From Octopus sinensis (taxonomy: Eukaryota), in the NCBI RefSeq assembly GCF_006345805.1, contig NC_043000.1:127596001-127660000 (forward strand): 64,000 nucleotides of DNA. The letters are read 5' to 3'. Below the pieces are notes generated by a model. It saw nothing but the letters and a program-made list of their open reading frames with translations. It was not told the origin of the DNA and ran no database searches. Shown piece after piece: positions 50,572-63,649 of this stretch (its first letter is position 1; each line of letters starts with the position of its first letter). A program made the position numbers and the translations under genes.

Positions 50572-52455
50572 TCCTCTGTGGCCTTGTGCTTACGTTCGAA
50601 ATTATCGCTGGCTAATGTTGTATCATCACGATTCCTGAAAATGTCTGTGAATTCCCTCTAGGACTTCACCGAAATTTCCACAAGGGTGAAGGACGGGATG
50701 CAATAAATACATTGTGAAAGAGGACGGGAGACTGGGGTTTTATATACATAAAGGTGAAGGTTGCCGTGTTGTGCGGGTGTATATCCCTCACCAAACTACG
50801 GACACCAGTGTGTGTACATTAAAGGAAACAAATATTTTAAGCCTCAATTTTTCTCTCTTTCTTTTGGTATAAGTAGTGTTTCATCAGTTCTTGTCTTCTA
50901 CTGAAAACATGAATTAAACTCGTGCAGCTTTGGGCGATTCCGACACTGATAAAATCGATTTTACACTTTGTAAATAGACTAATAATTATTGGTTTTATCT
51001 TCGGTATAAGCGGTTGAATATATCGTATAGTGTAAATTTGTCTAAGAGGTTTATTTAGTAAGAGAAACACTTAGGGAGATGAATGACTATAACCATACAG
51101 CAATTTCTGTTCACTTGGCCACGGATCGCTGCTTTCTTAAACTGCAGCCACTATTTTTTTTTAACAGCTGAACTATCAGCGTGGTTGGGGATATGCGAGG
51201 TAATTCATATTGATTATATATACTAAAATTTCTGATTGATTTAAAAAATTTTAAATCTCACACACACACACACACATATCATTGTATGTGATATTAACCA
51301 TATTTAAAAAATATGCCTAAGGGTGTATTTAGAGATAATTTTCAGATTTACACCCTCATATTGGTGGCTGCTGATCGAACACATCGTTATTGATATCAAG
51401 AATCGGTTATTGATACAATATTATAGTAGCTTCATATTCCTTCAAATACTTGACGCAAAAATAATCTTTGTCACGGCGAGGCAAAGATCGCAGATTACCC
51501 GAAAGAAGTTGCATCGTAAATACATGGAATGGCTAAAAAAAAATGCCAATCATTGTGTGTATGTATACGTATATATCTATGTGTGAATAATCATTCCATA
51601 ACAGATAACAACACAAGTAGTATTAGTTCAACTAGAAATACGTCGCATTGCAAAACGGGTTATTTTTCGAGAGAGTGAGAGAGAAAAAGAAAGAAACCGG
51701 GTGGAATGTCAACTCTTTGTTAAAGAACCAACAGGTCGACGTTGCGATCGTTGTAATAAAGCGGGAGACGACCAGACATTATTTAACAGGGTAGGTGAAA
51801 TGAATAATGGGTAGCTTAACTGCATGCTAAAAGCATGAAGAATCAGTATTTGAAGACGGTCTTATCATCCAGGTAGATAATAGAAAAGTGAAGAACTAAA
51901 AACGTTATCTTAAATCTGAAGTTCACCTGAGCAATAATTCACCAACAGCTTTCAGAAAACGTTACCTAATATTCTAGATCACATGTGATGGATGGCACTT
52001 TGTATGTCTTTGCATTGTTCACTCAACCATACAGTGTCTATTTTTGATCAACAAAATGACAGCAGACGAAAGCAAACTAGACAAATGTAAAGTACAATAT
52101 CGGTTTCTATTTACAGGTGCTTTATTTTTATTATTCAGGTAGGAAGACATCAGAAATTAGACGTTGATGCTATTTTTAAATGAACTGAAATAATTACAAG
52201 CGGGAATCGAAACCGAATCATGGACTTTTGTCCCAAAGTCGCATAACTTTCTTCCTTTCTCATTAGATAAAAGTTGGGGTAAAGTTCTTATATATAAATT
52301 TGTTTTTAAAAAGTAATGAGTGAATTAGTAGAAGATTGACGTTCAGGATAGTAAAGATATAAATAGAAAAAAGTGACAATAGATTTAAGTAATGAGAAAG
52401 AACATGAATACTGTCTATATTGTTTGTTTGTTGCAAATTTCTTTTAGGTACTTAC

Positions 52456-53100
52456 AGGAATTGTATAAAATCACAGCTTGGTCTATTCCATTCATTTGCC
52501 ATGAATCACGATATGAAAGACGAACGTATTAAACAAAACGTAACAATCATCGTTGAAAATTTTACAGAAAATAAAGAAATCCTGGTGAAGTTAGTGTTGT
52601 TTATTATGACTGTTTACTCCAGTTGATGTTTCGTGAATATTGATGTGATTGTTTATACGTGTGTGTGTAAAACGTGGGAAAGACAGACTTTATACACACA
52701 CCGACGTCAACAACAATAATAAAGAAAATAAAAGTTTTAAAAATAAACGATTATATATATCTATGATAATAAATTGTTAAAGTTCTTTCTAAAACGAAGT
52801 GATCGGTAAGTATTCCTCCTTCGTCAGAGAAAGTTGTAAGTAGTAGTAAAGTATAGAATAAGCATGGTGCTACTAATAATACTCTTAATTCAGCTGTTGC
52901 TACTTTCGTATATAGTTTTAGTATAAGCGCTTTTTACACTAACTCTTACTACGGCCCGACACTTGCTGCTGCTATTGCTGTCGGTGCGTCGCTATAGCTG
53001 CTGATGTCGCTACGGAGACTGCAGTCAAACAAAATAAAGGGGGTGGGGTCGAAACTAACGGGTCAAGAACCGCTACTGGTCTGTGGTCCTTCCACTTAGT
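52456..53100. promoter_or_regulatory. candidate promoter / first-exon zone of the minus-strand gene
   Basis: Non-repetitive and CpG-retaining; minus donor CT|GTAAGTA at 52455; CRE-like gacgtca ~52703; plus-strand donor-like G|GTAAGT at 52806. Confidence 0.3.
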
Positions 53101-53404
53101 TTCATATATCACGGCTAAGAATGCCATAGTTCTTAAATGCGATATCTTGTAATGCTTTAATTATTTCAATTTTTGGAGGCACACACTAATACACAATAGT
53201 GGTAAAAAAGAAAAGAACCTACGGAGTGCTCATCCGTTTCACGGCTTCGGTTGTTATCAAGTGGACCCGTGAAAACAGATTGCGGTCTTTTGCTTACAAA
53301 TAAACATATACACTATGTAATACTGTGGGTTTTTTTCCGTTATGTCTTGTTTTAATTATACGTTTCTTTAATTACTTCAGTTTTCAGATGCGCACACACT
53401 TTTT

Positions 53405-53620
53405 TTCTTTCTACTATAGGCAAAAGGCCTGAAATTTTAGGGGAAGGAGTTAGTCGATTACATCGACCTGTGTTTAACTGGAACTTATTTCGTCGACTCC
53501 AAAAGAGTGAAACACAAAGTCGACTTCGACGGAATCTGAACACTGAACGTGAATCCGGAAGAAAATGCCGCTAAATATTTCTATCCGGCGTGTTAACGAT
53601 TCTTGTCCGCTCGCTACCTT
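53405..53620 (-). mobile_element. SINE-B
   Basis: Diverged consensus match with CpGs retained. Confidence 0.75.
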
Positions 53621-54259
53621 GCAGACACACACACACACATTTGTAGCGAAATGCCTGATGAAGAGTTCGTTTGTTTCATGGATTTAGTTGATATCAATCA
53701 GACACGTGAAAACGGCTGAATTTTTACTTACATATACATCCTACACAATATTTATTCTGAGGTCTCGTGTAAATTATTGTCTACCTAGTTTCACTCCCAG
53801 AGAGACAGACAGACTCGACTCGAAGCTCTTAGTGATCTGTGAGTTCAAATCTAGCGTCGGGCAACTTTGCTTTCTCCTTGTCTCTGGTCAAAATGAAAAA
53901 TAGTCAAGACGACACGCTGTATTCCACTACTCCAGCAGTTGAGGACTTAAAGGATACATGCATTACATTCGTGTGTGTGTGTGTTATATATGTATTTAAG
54001 CAAACTTAGCCATTCAGCTATACTGCAGTATGGCCGAATAGCTAAGAAAGTTCGTCCCTCAGTTACAAAGTATCGATCCTATCGCGTGGCATTTTGAAGA
54101 AGTGTCTGTTTTTTTATAGCTCCGAGTCGACCCAAACCTTGAGATAAAATTAATTTAATGGAAACTACATGGGAAGTTCGTCTGATGAATTGTACCCGTA
54201 AATTCAAAGAGCCTGCTTTGTCTCCCAAACACAACCAAGCATATCTGGAATACTCAGCT

Positions 54260-54640
54260 ACTCTTTACTCTTTTACTTGTTTCAGTCATTTGACTGCGGC
54301 CATGCTGGAGCACCGCCTTTAGTCGAGCAAATCGACCCCAGGACTTATTCTTTGGAAGCCTAGTATTTATTCTATCGGTCTCTTTTCCCGAACCGCTAAT
54401 TTTCGGGGACGTAAATACACCAGCATCGGTTATCAAGCGATGTTGGGGGACGAACACACACACATACATATATACGACGGGTTTCTTTCAGTTTCCGTCT
54501 ACTAAATCCACTCACAAGGCTTTGTTCGGCCCGAGGCTATAGTAGAAGACACTTGCTCAAGGTGCCACGCAGTGGGAATGAACCCGGAACCATATGGTTG
54601 GTAAGCAAGCTACTTACCACACAGCCACTCCCGCACCTAC
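54260..54640 (-). mobile_element. SINE-A, full length
   Basis: Consensus match, CpGs retained. Confidence 0.9.
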
Positions 54641-54948
54641 ATGCTAATTCAGAAAATAGGTTGTTCGGATGGTCGAACATTCATGGATCGGAAATACCGA
54701 CCGAGATCTATTTTACATATTTAGGCAGAGAGACAGACAGACAGGCAGAAACATACATATATACATACATGCATACATGTAACCACACTAACATTTACTG
54801 GGGTCGTACCACTATTTATAAATACATACCGAATTCGAGAACACACAATCAGAGCCATCTTCATAGTATTTAGGCTCCTGAGCAAATCTATGCTCTGGGC
54901 CCTACAATATTTATTAGCTAATAGCAAGTCACAATATATATATATATA

Positions 54949-54973
54949 TTAGCGTTTTCTACCTTGTCTGATT

Positions 54974-55063
<90 letters not shown>

Positions 55064-55130
55064 GATCAGACAAGGTAGAAAACGCTAAAATAGTTTTGTC
55101 ATGAAATACATTTTGTAAAGATAAGTACCG

Positions 55131-55131
<1 letters not shown>
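54949..55131. repeat. 24-bp inverted repeat enclosing a (TA)n/(GATA)n tract
   Basis: ttagcgttttctaccttgtctgat (54949-54972) / atcagacaaggtagaaaacgctaa (55065-55088). Confidence 0.85.
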
Positions 55132-55180
<49 letters not shown>

Positions 55181-56839
55181 CAATTGGGTACCTAAGACCC
55201 CCAGGCAGCTGTCCAATGTGCTCACGCTTAAAAGATGGACCCGCACACAACTGTCTGTATTATAACTGATTTTGTTGCGTATGTGTAAACATCTAACAGT
55301 ATGAGAGAAAGAGAGATATCAATGAAAAAGCAGCCTTCCGCATTCGTTGAATGCCTGCGATACATGATAACATATTTCTCCGTATATTATTATCAGGTGG
55401 AGCCGGCACTATTATTTTTGTACTTTTAGCTTCTTTTCTTTTCTTTTTTTATTGTTGGCGTTTTGACTGCCTTCATGTGGTTTTAATTGATAATACAGAC
55501 AGTCAGTACTTAGTTTGATATCAATTTTATTGATCACTGTTTCTAGAGTAGCTAAGTCCGTCTTAGCATAAAGAGACGTAACTCGCACATAAGAAATACA
55601 AGATATTTTTGTTCTAATCACACATACGCATACATACGTGCATCTGTGTGCGTGTCCACCGAGCAATTTTCATTCCCATGGCACGCAAATACACACACGC
55701 ACATACACCTGTATATGGTGAGTGTGAATTAGTTAAGACGTACATGGGCCTAAATAGTACAATCTTAGTTCATCTAAGCGAGATTTTTAATCACATTGAG
55801 CATAAGTGCAGGAACGAAATATGTTTAGAGGGTGCTACCCAGTTCTATTATTTCAGTCTTGTTATCAAAACAAACATAGGTATAATAATGCTTTCAAATT
55901 TTGGCGCAAGGCCAGCAATTTCGGGGTAGGGGTAAGTGATTCCATCGACCCCACAACTCAACTGGAACTTATTTTATCGACCCCGAAAGTCGACCTCGAC
56001 GAAATAAACACAGGTACAGTAATCATTATTATTAATATTACATTTGTATATCAAATCAGATAAATCAAATAATGGAGAAAATAATGTTTCCAATTAGTTC
56101 GTTTTAACGATGAAATTTTCAGCAGAACATTCAAAGCGTTTTTATTGTCCCTCATCCAAATTTCACGGGGTGCGCTTGTACATCCCTGCATCCCCTGTTC
56201 CCGAATCTATGATTGAGAGTGCATCACGATTCAAAGAGTGGTTGGTACTATGATTTCATAATTGTGAATTAAACACACGAGGAGAATGAACTCTAACTAT
56301 ACCACATGAAGAAATTATAGAATATTTATCACAAGTTACCTCGCAGGTCTCTAAATGTATTAGGAACTTTGTCAGCCGCTGTTGAACTAAAGACATACTC
56401 GTTTAACTACACAATATAGAACAGCCGTTCATATCACAAGTGACTTGTATGGAGAATACACCATCAACATTGCCCGAACGACATTAACATCAAATTTAGG
56501 GACCCCGTGCCATAGGCTACCAATACAATTCCGTTTCACAATACTGCAACACATTTTCTTCGATTAGATATTATCCCAAAACAAATAAAAAAAAAAGATC
56601 CCATTATCTCCTAACGTTATTTGCCCGAATCTCTTCAAGGAATACCAAACAAACCATCTGTACCGCTACACATCTCAGTCAACAATTACCTACTTGAATG
56701 GGCCATGTATCACAATACCTTACTTTAAAATGACCTAACAGATTCTATCAGGTGGTACTATTAAGTTAGATATGGCCCGGACCAATTTTGCTGAAACATA
56801 CCTTGGTTTATTCTAAGTTTATATACAGTATATACGATA

Positions 56840-57003
56840 TAGGCGTAGGAGTGGCTGTGTGGTAAGTAGCTTGCTTACCAACCACATGGTTTCGGGTTCA
56901 GTCCCACTGTGTGGCACCTTGGGCGAGTGTCTTCTACTATATCCTCAGGCCGACCAAAGCCTTGTGAGTGGATTTTGTAGACGGAAATTGAAAGAAGCCC
57001 GTC

Positions 57004-57053
<50 letters not shown>

Positions 57054-57248
57054 GTGTGTTTGTTTGTGTGTCTGTGTTTGTCCCCCCACCCCAACATCGC
57101 TTGACAACCGATGCTGGTGTGTTTACGTCCCCATAACTTAGCAGTTCGGCAAAAGAGACCAATAGAATAAGTCCTGGGGTCTATTTGCTCGACTAAAGGC
57201 GGTGCTCCAGCAAAGCCACAGTCAAACGACTGAAACAAGTAAAAGAGT
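56840..57248 (+). mobile_element. SINE-A, full length
   Basis: Consensus match. Confidence 0.9.
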
Positions 57249-57699
57249 ATATCTTGTATATATTGACCTGGACCAGAAAAAAGAAAGAAGTGATCTTAGA
57301 AAAGTAATAAAAATAGGTAAGTGAGCATGAGATATGGACAATAAATCAAGTCACCTACATTCAAATAATATGCATATATTATTTTAGCCAGCTGCGTACA
57401 AATACTATTTATGCTATCGCCTGCTGATGAAGGCGGGATGTAAATATATACTATATTTTTTCCTATTGTTTGTTTTTATTGTATTTACCTTGATTTATAT
57501 TCCACGGGGCAATCTATTGAATGTATGTGTGTGGGTGTTGGTGCGTGGGAGTGACGCGCGCCTCTATTGAATGTGCTCGCATATTGACCAAATGTTGCCC
57601 GATCGATCATGTGTGTGTACCTTACGTGCGTGAAACTCCGAAAGACAATGGACTGAATCATCGACTGATTCCCAATTAACCAAAAACTCTAAACCATGT

Positions 57700-58390
57700 A
57701 TTGAGTTCTCGCTATCTCTCTCTCTCTCTCTCTACGTCTGTGTGTGTGTCCTGGAAAGATGAGAGTAAAGATCAGATGAGGAAAGCAAAATTATATATAA
57801 ACATACATACACACGTATGCATATCTTTCGTCTCGCTGTCGCTACCCATTCTGTTTTTGCTATTTTCCTTACTTCTTCCTCCCCAACCTCATTTTTATAC
57901 CTTCATGCTCTCTCTTTTCTTTCGACTCTTTTCTATTTTTTGCGCCTTCATTTCTCTATTGTTTTTTCCACGTGTCGGTAACGATTTGTCTCACTCTCTC
58001 TCTCACTATCTATCTATCTGTCTCTCTCTCAGTATCTGTCTGTCAATCTCTCTCTCTCTTTCTCTCTCTTCCATCCCCTTGTTCTTTTTCACCCTCTTCC
58101 TCCCCTCTCATTCACTCTCTCTCTCTCACACACATACATACACCAACCCTACCATTGTATTGTTCTGTTTGTGTCACTATAAACTTTTCACACTCTTTCA
58201 CTTACTTTTTTCACTCATTCACTCACTCTCTCTCTCTTTCTGTCTCTCTCTCGCTCTCTCTCTCTCTCACTACACTCATTAATCTATACTACCTCCTCAT
58301 TCTATTCTCGTTTACGTAACATTTTCCCGCCTTCTCCCTCACTCCATCTTTCGTCCTTTCTATTCCCGCCGTCCTCTTTCTCCATAGGTT
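57700..58390. repeat. pyrimidine-rich (CT)n low-complexity region
   Basis: Direct reading. Confidence 0.85.
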
Positions 58391-58598
58391 TGACATTTGC
58401 TTCATCCCAAAACTTTATTGTTGGACGACCTCCCACTAATTCTCACCGAGGCATGGGAAATATTATATATACTCCACCATTACCTCCACCCTCTTTGCCT
58501 CTAGACCTCACCCACGAAGTCAGTTCTTTTCATTTAACGCGTTTAATTGTTTTATTTACACCTTATTCGCTCGCACACGTATATGTCGACATACATAC

Positions 58599-58635
<37 letters not shown>

Positions 58636-58765
58636 TATTTTTTTATGTAATGTTATATATGAAAATGATTTAACATTAAACCATTAAACTGAAGGATCCC
58701 TCCGTACTTTTTAGAATATATATACACACACACATACACATAGTGCATGTGTGTGTGTGTGTATA

Positions 58766-59232
<467 letters not shown>

Positions 59233-59372
59233 TGGCCACAATGAGGAGGTTTTACTGTATTTTTGACTTTGAGACTAAATATGTTTTTTAAATGTTCACT
59301 ACCTTACAAAAATTATATCATCTAAGCAAATGACCTCTAAATGCATTAACAACATTATAACATGATCTGATC

Positions 59373-59538
59373 CAGGGCCGGCTCAAGGTACCGGCAACTC
59401 GGGGAGTCGCTCAGAGAGCCATGTGCTAGGGGGCGCCAAGGAGGCCGTGCCAAAGACAAGGAAATTTCCATGACCATCAGCTTGTCCACGCTGAAGTCCA
59501 GTTTGCCCGGGGCGCCAGCAACCCTAGGGCTGGCCCTG
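59373..59538. mobile_element. 166-bp GC-rich MITE with 7-bp TSD
   Basis: TIR cagggccggc / gctggccctg; tctgatc at 59366-59372 and 59539-59545. Confidence 0.85.
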
Positions 59539-60007
59539 TCTGATCTCAATTTCAGAAAATAATCGCTGTTGTCTTTGAGCATTTAAAAGACAAATTTGTG
59601 TGGGGCAAAATGAGTAAGCCAAGATAAGTAAATATTCCGCGTCAGTTCTCCAGAAAACAGACTTATACACATCAGTGTCCATCCCTAAACATCAGAAAGA
59701 TCAGAAATGCAATAACAAATTTAAATATCTAGGTCAAATGAAAGATGCTCAGGAGAAAATGGTACAGGCGTAGGAGTGGCTGTGTGGTAAGTAGCTTGCT
59801 TACCAACCACATGGTTCCGGGTTCAGTCCCACTGCGTGGTACCTTGGGCAAGTGTCTTCTGCTATAGCCTCGGGCCGACCAAACCCTTGTGAGTGGATTT
59901 GGTAGACGGAAACTGAAAGAAGCCCGTCGTACATATATATATATATATTTTAAAATTATAAGTATATGAAAGAATGGAGTTGAACGACTAGTTAACAAAT
60001 ATCCTTT

Positions 60008-60092
60008 ATTCTCGACATATGTTTCGAAGGCTGCATATTCCTAATTCCGAAGGAATAAGGAGTACATTATGCAGATTTCTCATCAGGAAAAT
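60008..60092 (-). ncRNA. type-I hammerhead ribozyme, mirror copy
   Basis: Reverse complement of 60269-60353; predicted cleavage at 60014. Confidence 0.7.
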
Positions 60093-60268
60093 CAAAATGC
60101 ACAAAAAAGCTGACCGCTCTCAAGGAGCCGATGAGCTCCTTGAGAGCGGTCAGCTAAAAGTTTTTTGTGCATTTTGATGTCGTGACCGCTCTCAAGGAGC
60201 CCATGGGCTCCTTGAGAGCGGTCAGCTAAAAGTTTTTTGTGCATTTTGATGTCGACATAAGTTCCTTG

Positions 60269-60353
60269 ATTTTCCTGATGAGAAATCTGCATAATGTACT
60301 CCTTATTCCTTCGGAATTAGGAATATGCAGCCTTCGAAACATATGTCGAGAAT
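60269..60353 (+). ncRNA. type-I hammerhead ribozyme, intact core
   Basis: Stem I attttc/gagaat; CTGATGA 60275-60281; long stem II (gaa/ttc, ctgcata/tatgcag, tcct/agga, attcc/ggaat); GAAA 60336; stem III AC-atat-GT; GUC site, cleavage 3' of 60347. Confidence 0.75.
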
Positions 60354-60557
60354 AAAGGATATTTGTTAACTAGTCGTTCAACTCCATTCTTTCATATACT
60401 TATAATTTTAAAATAAACGTACGAATTTCCGCACGAAGACACGTAGTCTATGCCCTAGGGACGTAGCTTCAACCGTGTTCTTTCTGATGTGAATTTGCTA
60501 CCCAGGTATCGGTTATCTTTCGAATTATCCTTAATAAGATAATTCATTCAACTACTC

Positions 60558-60649
<92 letters not shown>

Positions 60650-61539
60650 ATATACAAATTGAGATAGGGGTTGTAAATGCAACCCTCCATGGGATAACAT
60701 ATATCCAATATACTGCTAGTGAAGTACCCAACAAAGTTAATACATAAATGTTAATGATTGCGATGCAATCAATTTATTTACTGTATTATATGGGTCTTGT
60801 ATATATATGTATATATATATATGTGTGTGTGTGTATGTGTGTGTGTATATATGTTTGTGCGTCTGCTTGACAACCGATGGTGGTGTGTTTACGTCCCCGT
60901 AACTTAGCGGTTCGGCAAAAGAGACCGATAGAATAAGTACTAGGCTTCCAAAGAATAAGTCCTGGGGTTGATTTGCTAGACCAAAGGTGGTGCTCTAGCA
61001 TGGCCACAGTCAAATGACTGAAACAAGTAAAAGAGTAAAAGAGATGATATGAAATTAACGAAACTCGGCTAAATAAAAAAAAAAAATCTTCAACATAAAC
61101 CATTCTCTGTAGCCTCTTCGCGACCTATTGGAGTTTCTCTGTTCGTGATATATTTACATATCCTGCAGCTAAAGAAAAGAAATTATTGAAATTAGACATT
61201 ACTCATTTTGCCCCATTTTAGACTTTTTTTTGTAGCTTGAAAATTATCACATTAGAAATTAGTGTGGGAAAAATTGACTTGGAATCCAACAGAGAAAATA
61301 ATATTGATTGTTAAACACCAAAAATTATCCACATATTTTATTAGTAACCTCAATTACAATCGGGTCAGAGCAAAGGAAAAAATTTCTTGAAAAAAATGTA
61401 CCTGTCACCTGATTATCTCCCAAACTCTCTCAACAATAACAACAACAACTATGCTGACCAATTTTAACTCCTAGAGATGATGCAGCAATACTAAATGATG
61501 CAATACTAGCAAGGATATATTTATGAAAACGTTAGCTGC

Positions 61540-62308
61540 GATGGAGGACTAGAAGCCATCTGAATATTGGGAAAGAGTTACCTGTATCATGATGATTCGT
61601 GCTGGGTAACAAAATGCCGGAATCATGACTGCTGCTCAATGCATTGTGAACAATCGGGTTCAGTTGCAGTTTCCGCCTATCCAGTTTCACAGGTTAGGAG
61701 CGAACATAAGAAGTGACATGGGCAGCTACAACGGTGACTACGAAGCCAGGGTCAACCACGGAGACTACGAAGCCATGGTGTGTCTCCCGTGAGGGTGACG
61801 TAATACCGCTCCATAACTTTGAATATGGCTTTTTGCTGAATTCAGATGGATATGTGAAACTGTTGGAAACTGTGGTCAAACACTGGCTGGAGAGGGTTGC
61901 TGCTGGAAAACCATATATGATGAACTAGAATTCGGTTCCTCATACCTTCGAAAAGAGTCAGAAGTGGTTGTCGAAGAATTTCTACTTCACCAGCCCCAAT
62001 CTCTGGCCTCTTACTTCCTTCATTGGACTACAATGTGTGCAGCGCAGTTGAGAAAGACATCAAGCCTGAACTGGTGGCCAAGATCAAGGAGGTGTTTGAA
62101 GATCTTCCCACGGACATAGTGAAGAATGCATGCGCCAGGTTTCGGAGCTGTCTTGGTAGAAGCTGAAGGGGGCCAATTTCACTAAACTGTAATCTCCTAG
62201 CCATAAATTAGTTGACATTTCTTCACTTTTGAAAATACTCTTAGTTTTCGGTGGGACATTCTGTTTTCTTTACGCAAACTGTCAAATTTAGCCAGAATAC
62301 CCTCTATA
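61540..62308 (+). pseudogene. decayed Tc1/mariner-superfamily (maT-like) transposase and right terminus
   Basis: CVSREGDVIPLH..LNSDGYVKLLETVVKHW..KSQKWL..NLWP..LDYNV..NACARFRSCL..EAEGGQF*; terminus ...gaataccctctata. Confidence 0.8.
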
Positions 62309-62312
62309 TATT

Positions 62313-62348
<36 letters not shown>

Positions 62349-62770
62349 ACACACACACACACAATATATATATATATTTATATACATACACACACACAGT
62401 ATATATATATTTATATATTTAGAGTTCATTCACATCTTCATGTATAATTTGCTTGACAATCAACTTATAAGTTGCATAACTGTTGTGTGTAATATGAAGT
62501 AAATGGCATTTGTTCACCGAAACGTACGTAGCGTTAATCCCACATAAGTTTTTCCTCAATTAAAATTGTTATTCACTCTGTGATGATTCTAATAAACCTT
62601 TTTGATATACATGCTTTGGATTGGCGGATTGCTCCTATAATAATTGAGCGAAATATAACCAGTCATTCTATGGTCGGTCAAAAAAATGTAACCTTTATAC
62701 TGCTATTCGAGTACTTCGCTAGCTAGGATTGTTCGTTAAGGGCTGCTGAAGTGATCGCCTAGATTTTATA

Positions 62771-63088
62771 TAGGTGTAGGAGTAACTGTATGGTAAGAAG
62801 ATTGCTTCCCAACCACATGGTTCCGGGTTCAGCCCCGCTCGTAGCGTCTTGGGCAAGTGCCTTGTATTATAGCCGCGGGCCGACCACATATATATGTGTG
62901 TGTATATGTCTCCCCCCCACCATCCTTGACAACCGATGTTGGTGTGTTTACGTCCCCGTAACTTAGCGGTTCGGCAAAAGAGACCGATAGAATAAGTACT
63001 AAGCTTACAAATAATAAGTCCTGAGGTCGATTTGTTCGACTAAAGGTGGTGCCCCAGCATGATCGCAGTCAAATGCCTGAAACAAGTA
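62771..63088 (+). mobile_element. SINE-A with internal deletion
   Basis: Consensus match. Confidence 0.85.
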
Positions 63089-63089
63089 T

Positions 63090-63590
63090 ACAATCTGCAG
63101 TTATTCACAAAAAGAGTTTCTAACGCCGACCTGTTTAGCAAGTGTAAGATTGGTGGAATCAAGAGCTTCCTGATGCAATTACAATTGCTCTAGGCTGGCC
63201 ATGTCGTCAAATTTAGTGACGAAAGAATACCCAAAATCCTCATGTACAGCCAGGCTGAAAATGGGCACAGGAATGTTGGTCGACCATGGCTCAGATATAA
63301 AGACAAGCTGAATAGTAGCCTCTTAGAAATGAAGATAGCTCACAACATCTTTGAGCGAACAGCATTGAAACAAACAAACTGGAGATCGTTGTGTCAAAAT
63401 GGTATTAGAAACTTTGTTGCAACTACCATTAACAGACTTCGGGGTGCAAGGCAAAGGAGAACAGCGACTGCTAATATACCACCTGCACTGACCTGTAATC
63501 CTCATACTTGCAGCATCTGGGGCCTTCTTTGCAAATCGTTGGCGGGACTTAAATGTCACATTCAACATAAGTGTAGCTTACGCTTAGAGA
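63090..63590 (+). pseudogene. RTE/BovB-type LINE ORF C-terminal remnant with zinc-finger-like end
   Basis: AGHVVKFSDERIPKILMYSQ..GHRNVGRPWLRYKDKL..WRSLCQNG..HTCSIWGLLCKSLAGLKCHIQHK. Confidence 0.85.
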
Positions 63591-63593
63591 AAT

Positions 63594-63648
<55 letters not shown>

Positions 63649-63649
<1 letters not shown>

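Larger units (their letters stand above)
59946..60557 (+). mobile_element. Penelope-like pseudo-LTR insertion with a 150-bp inverted duplication
   Basis: Arms 59946-60095 / 60266-60415 are reverse complements; hammerhead + AATAAA in each arm; both ends abut (TA)n. Confidence 0.75.
59765..61042 (+). mobile_element. SINE-A whose central (TA)n hosts later insertions
   Basis: Head 59765-59930, tail ~60810-61042. Confidence 0.9.

Noticed and set aside
53645-53730. CTGATGA at 53655 with a possible long stem
   Set aside because: No GAAA/helix III/NUH after the stem; cannot form a hammerhead as is
57415-57515. CTGATGAAGGC at 57425 with ggatgtaaat/atttatattcc pairing
   Set aside because: Second core box missing; at most a truncated relic
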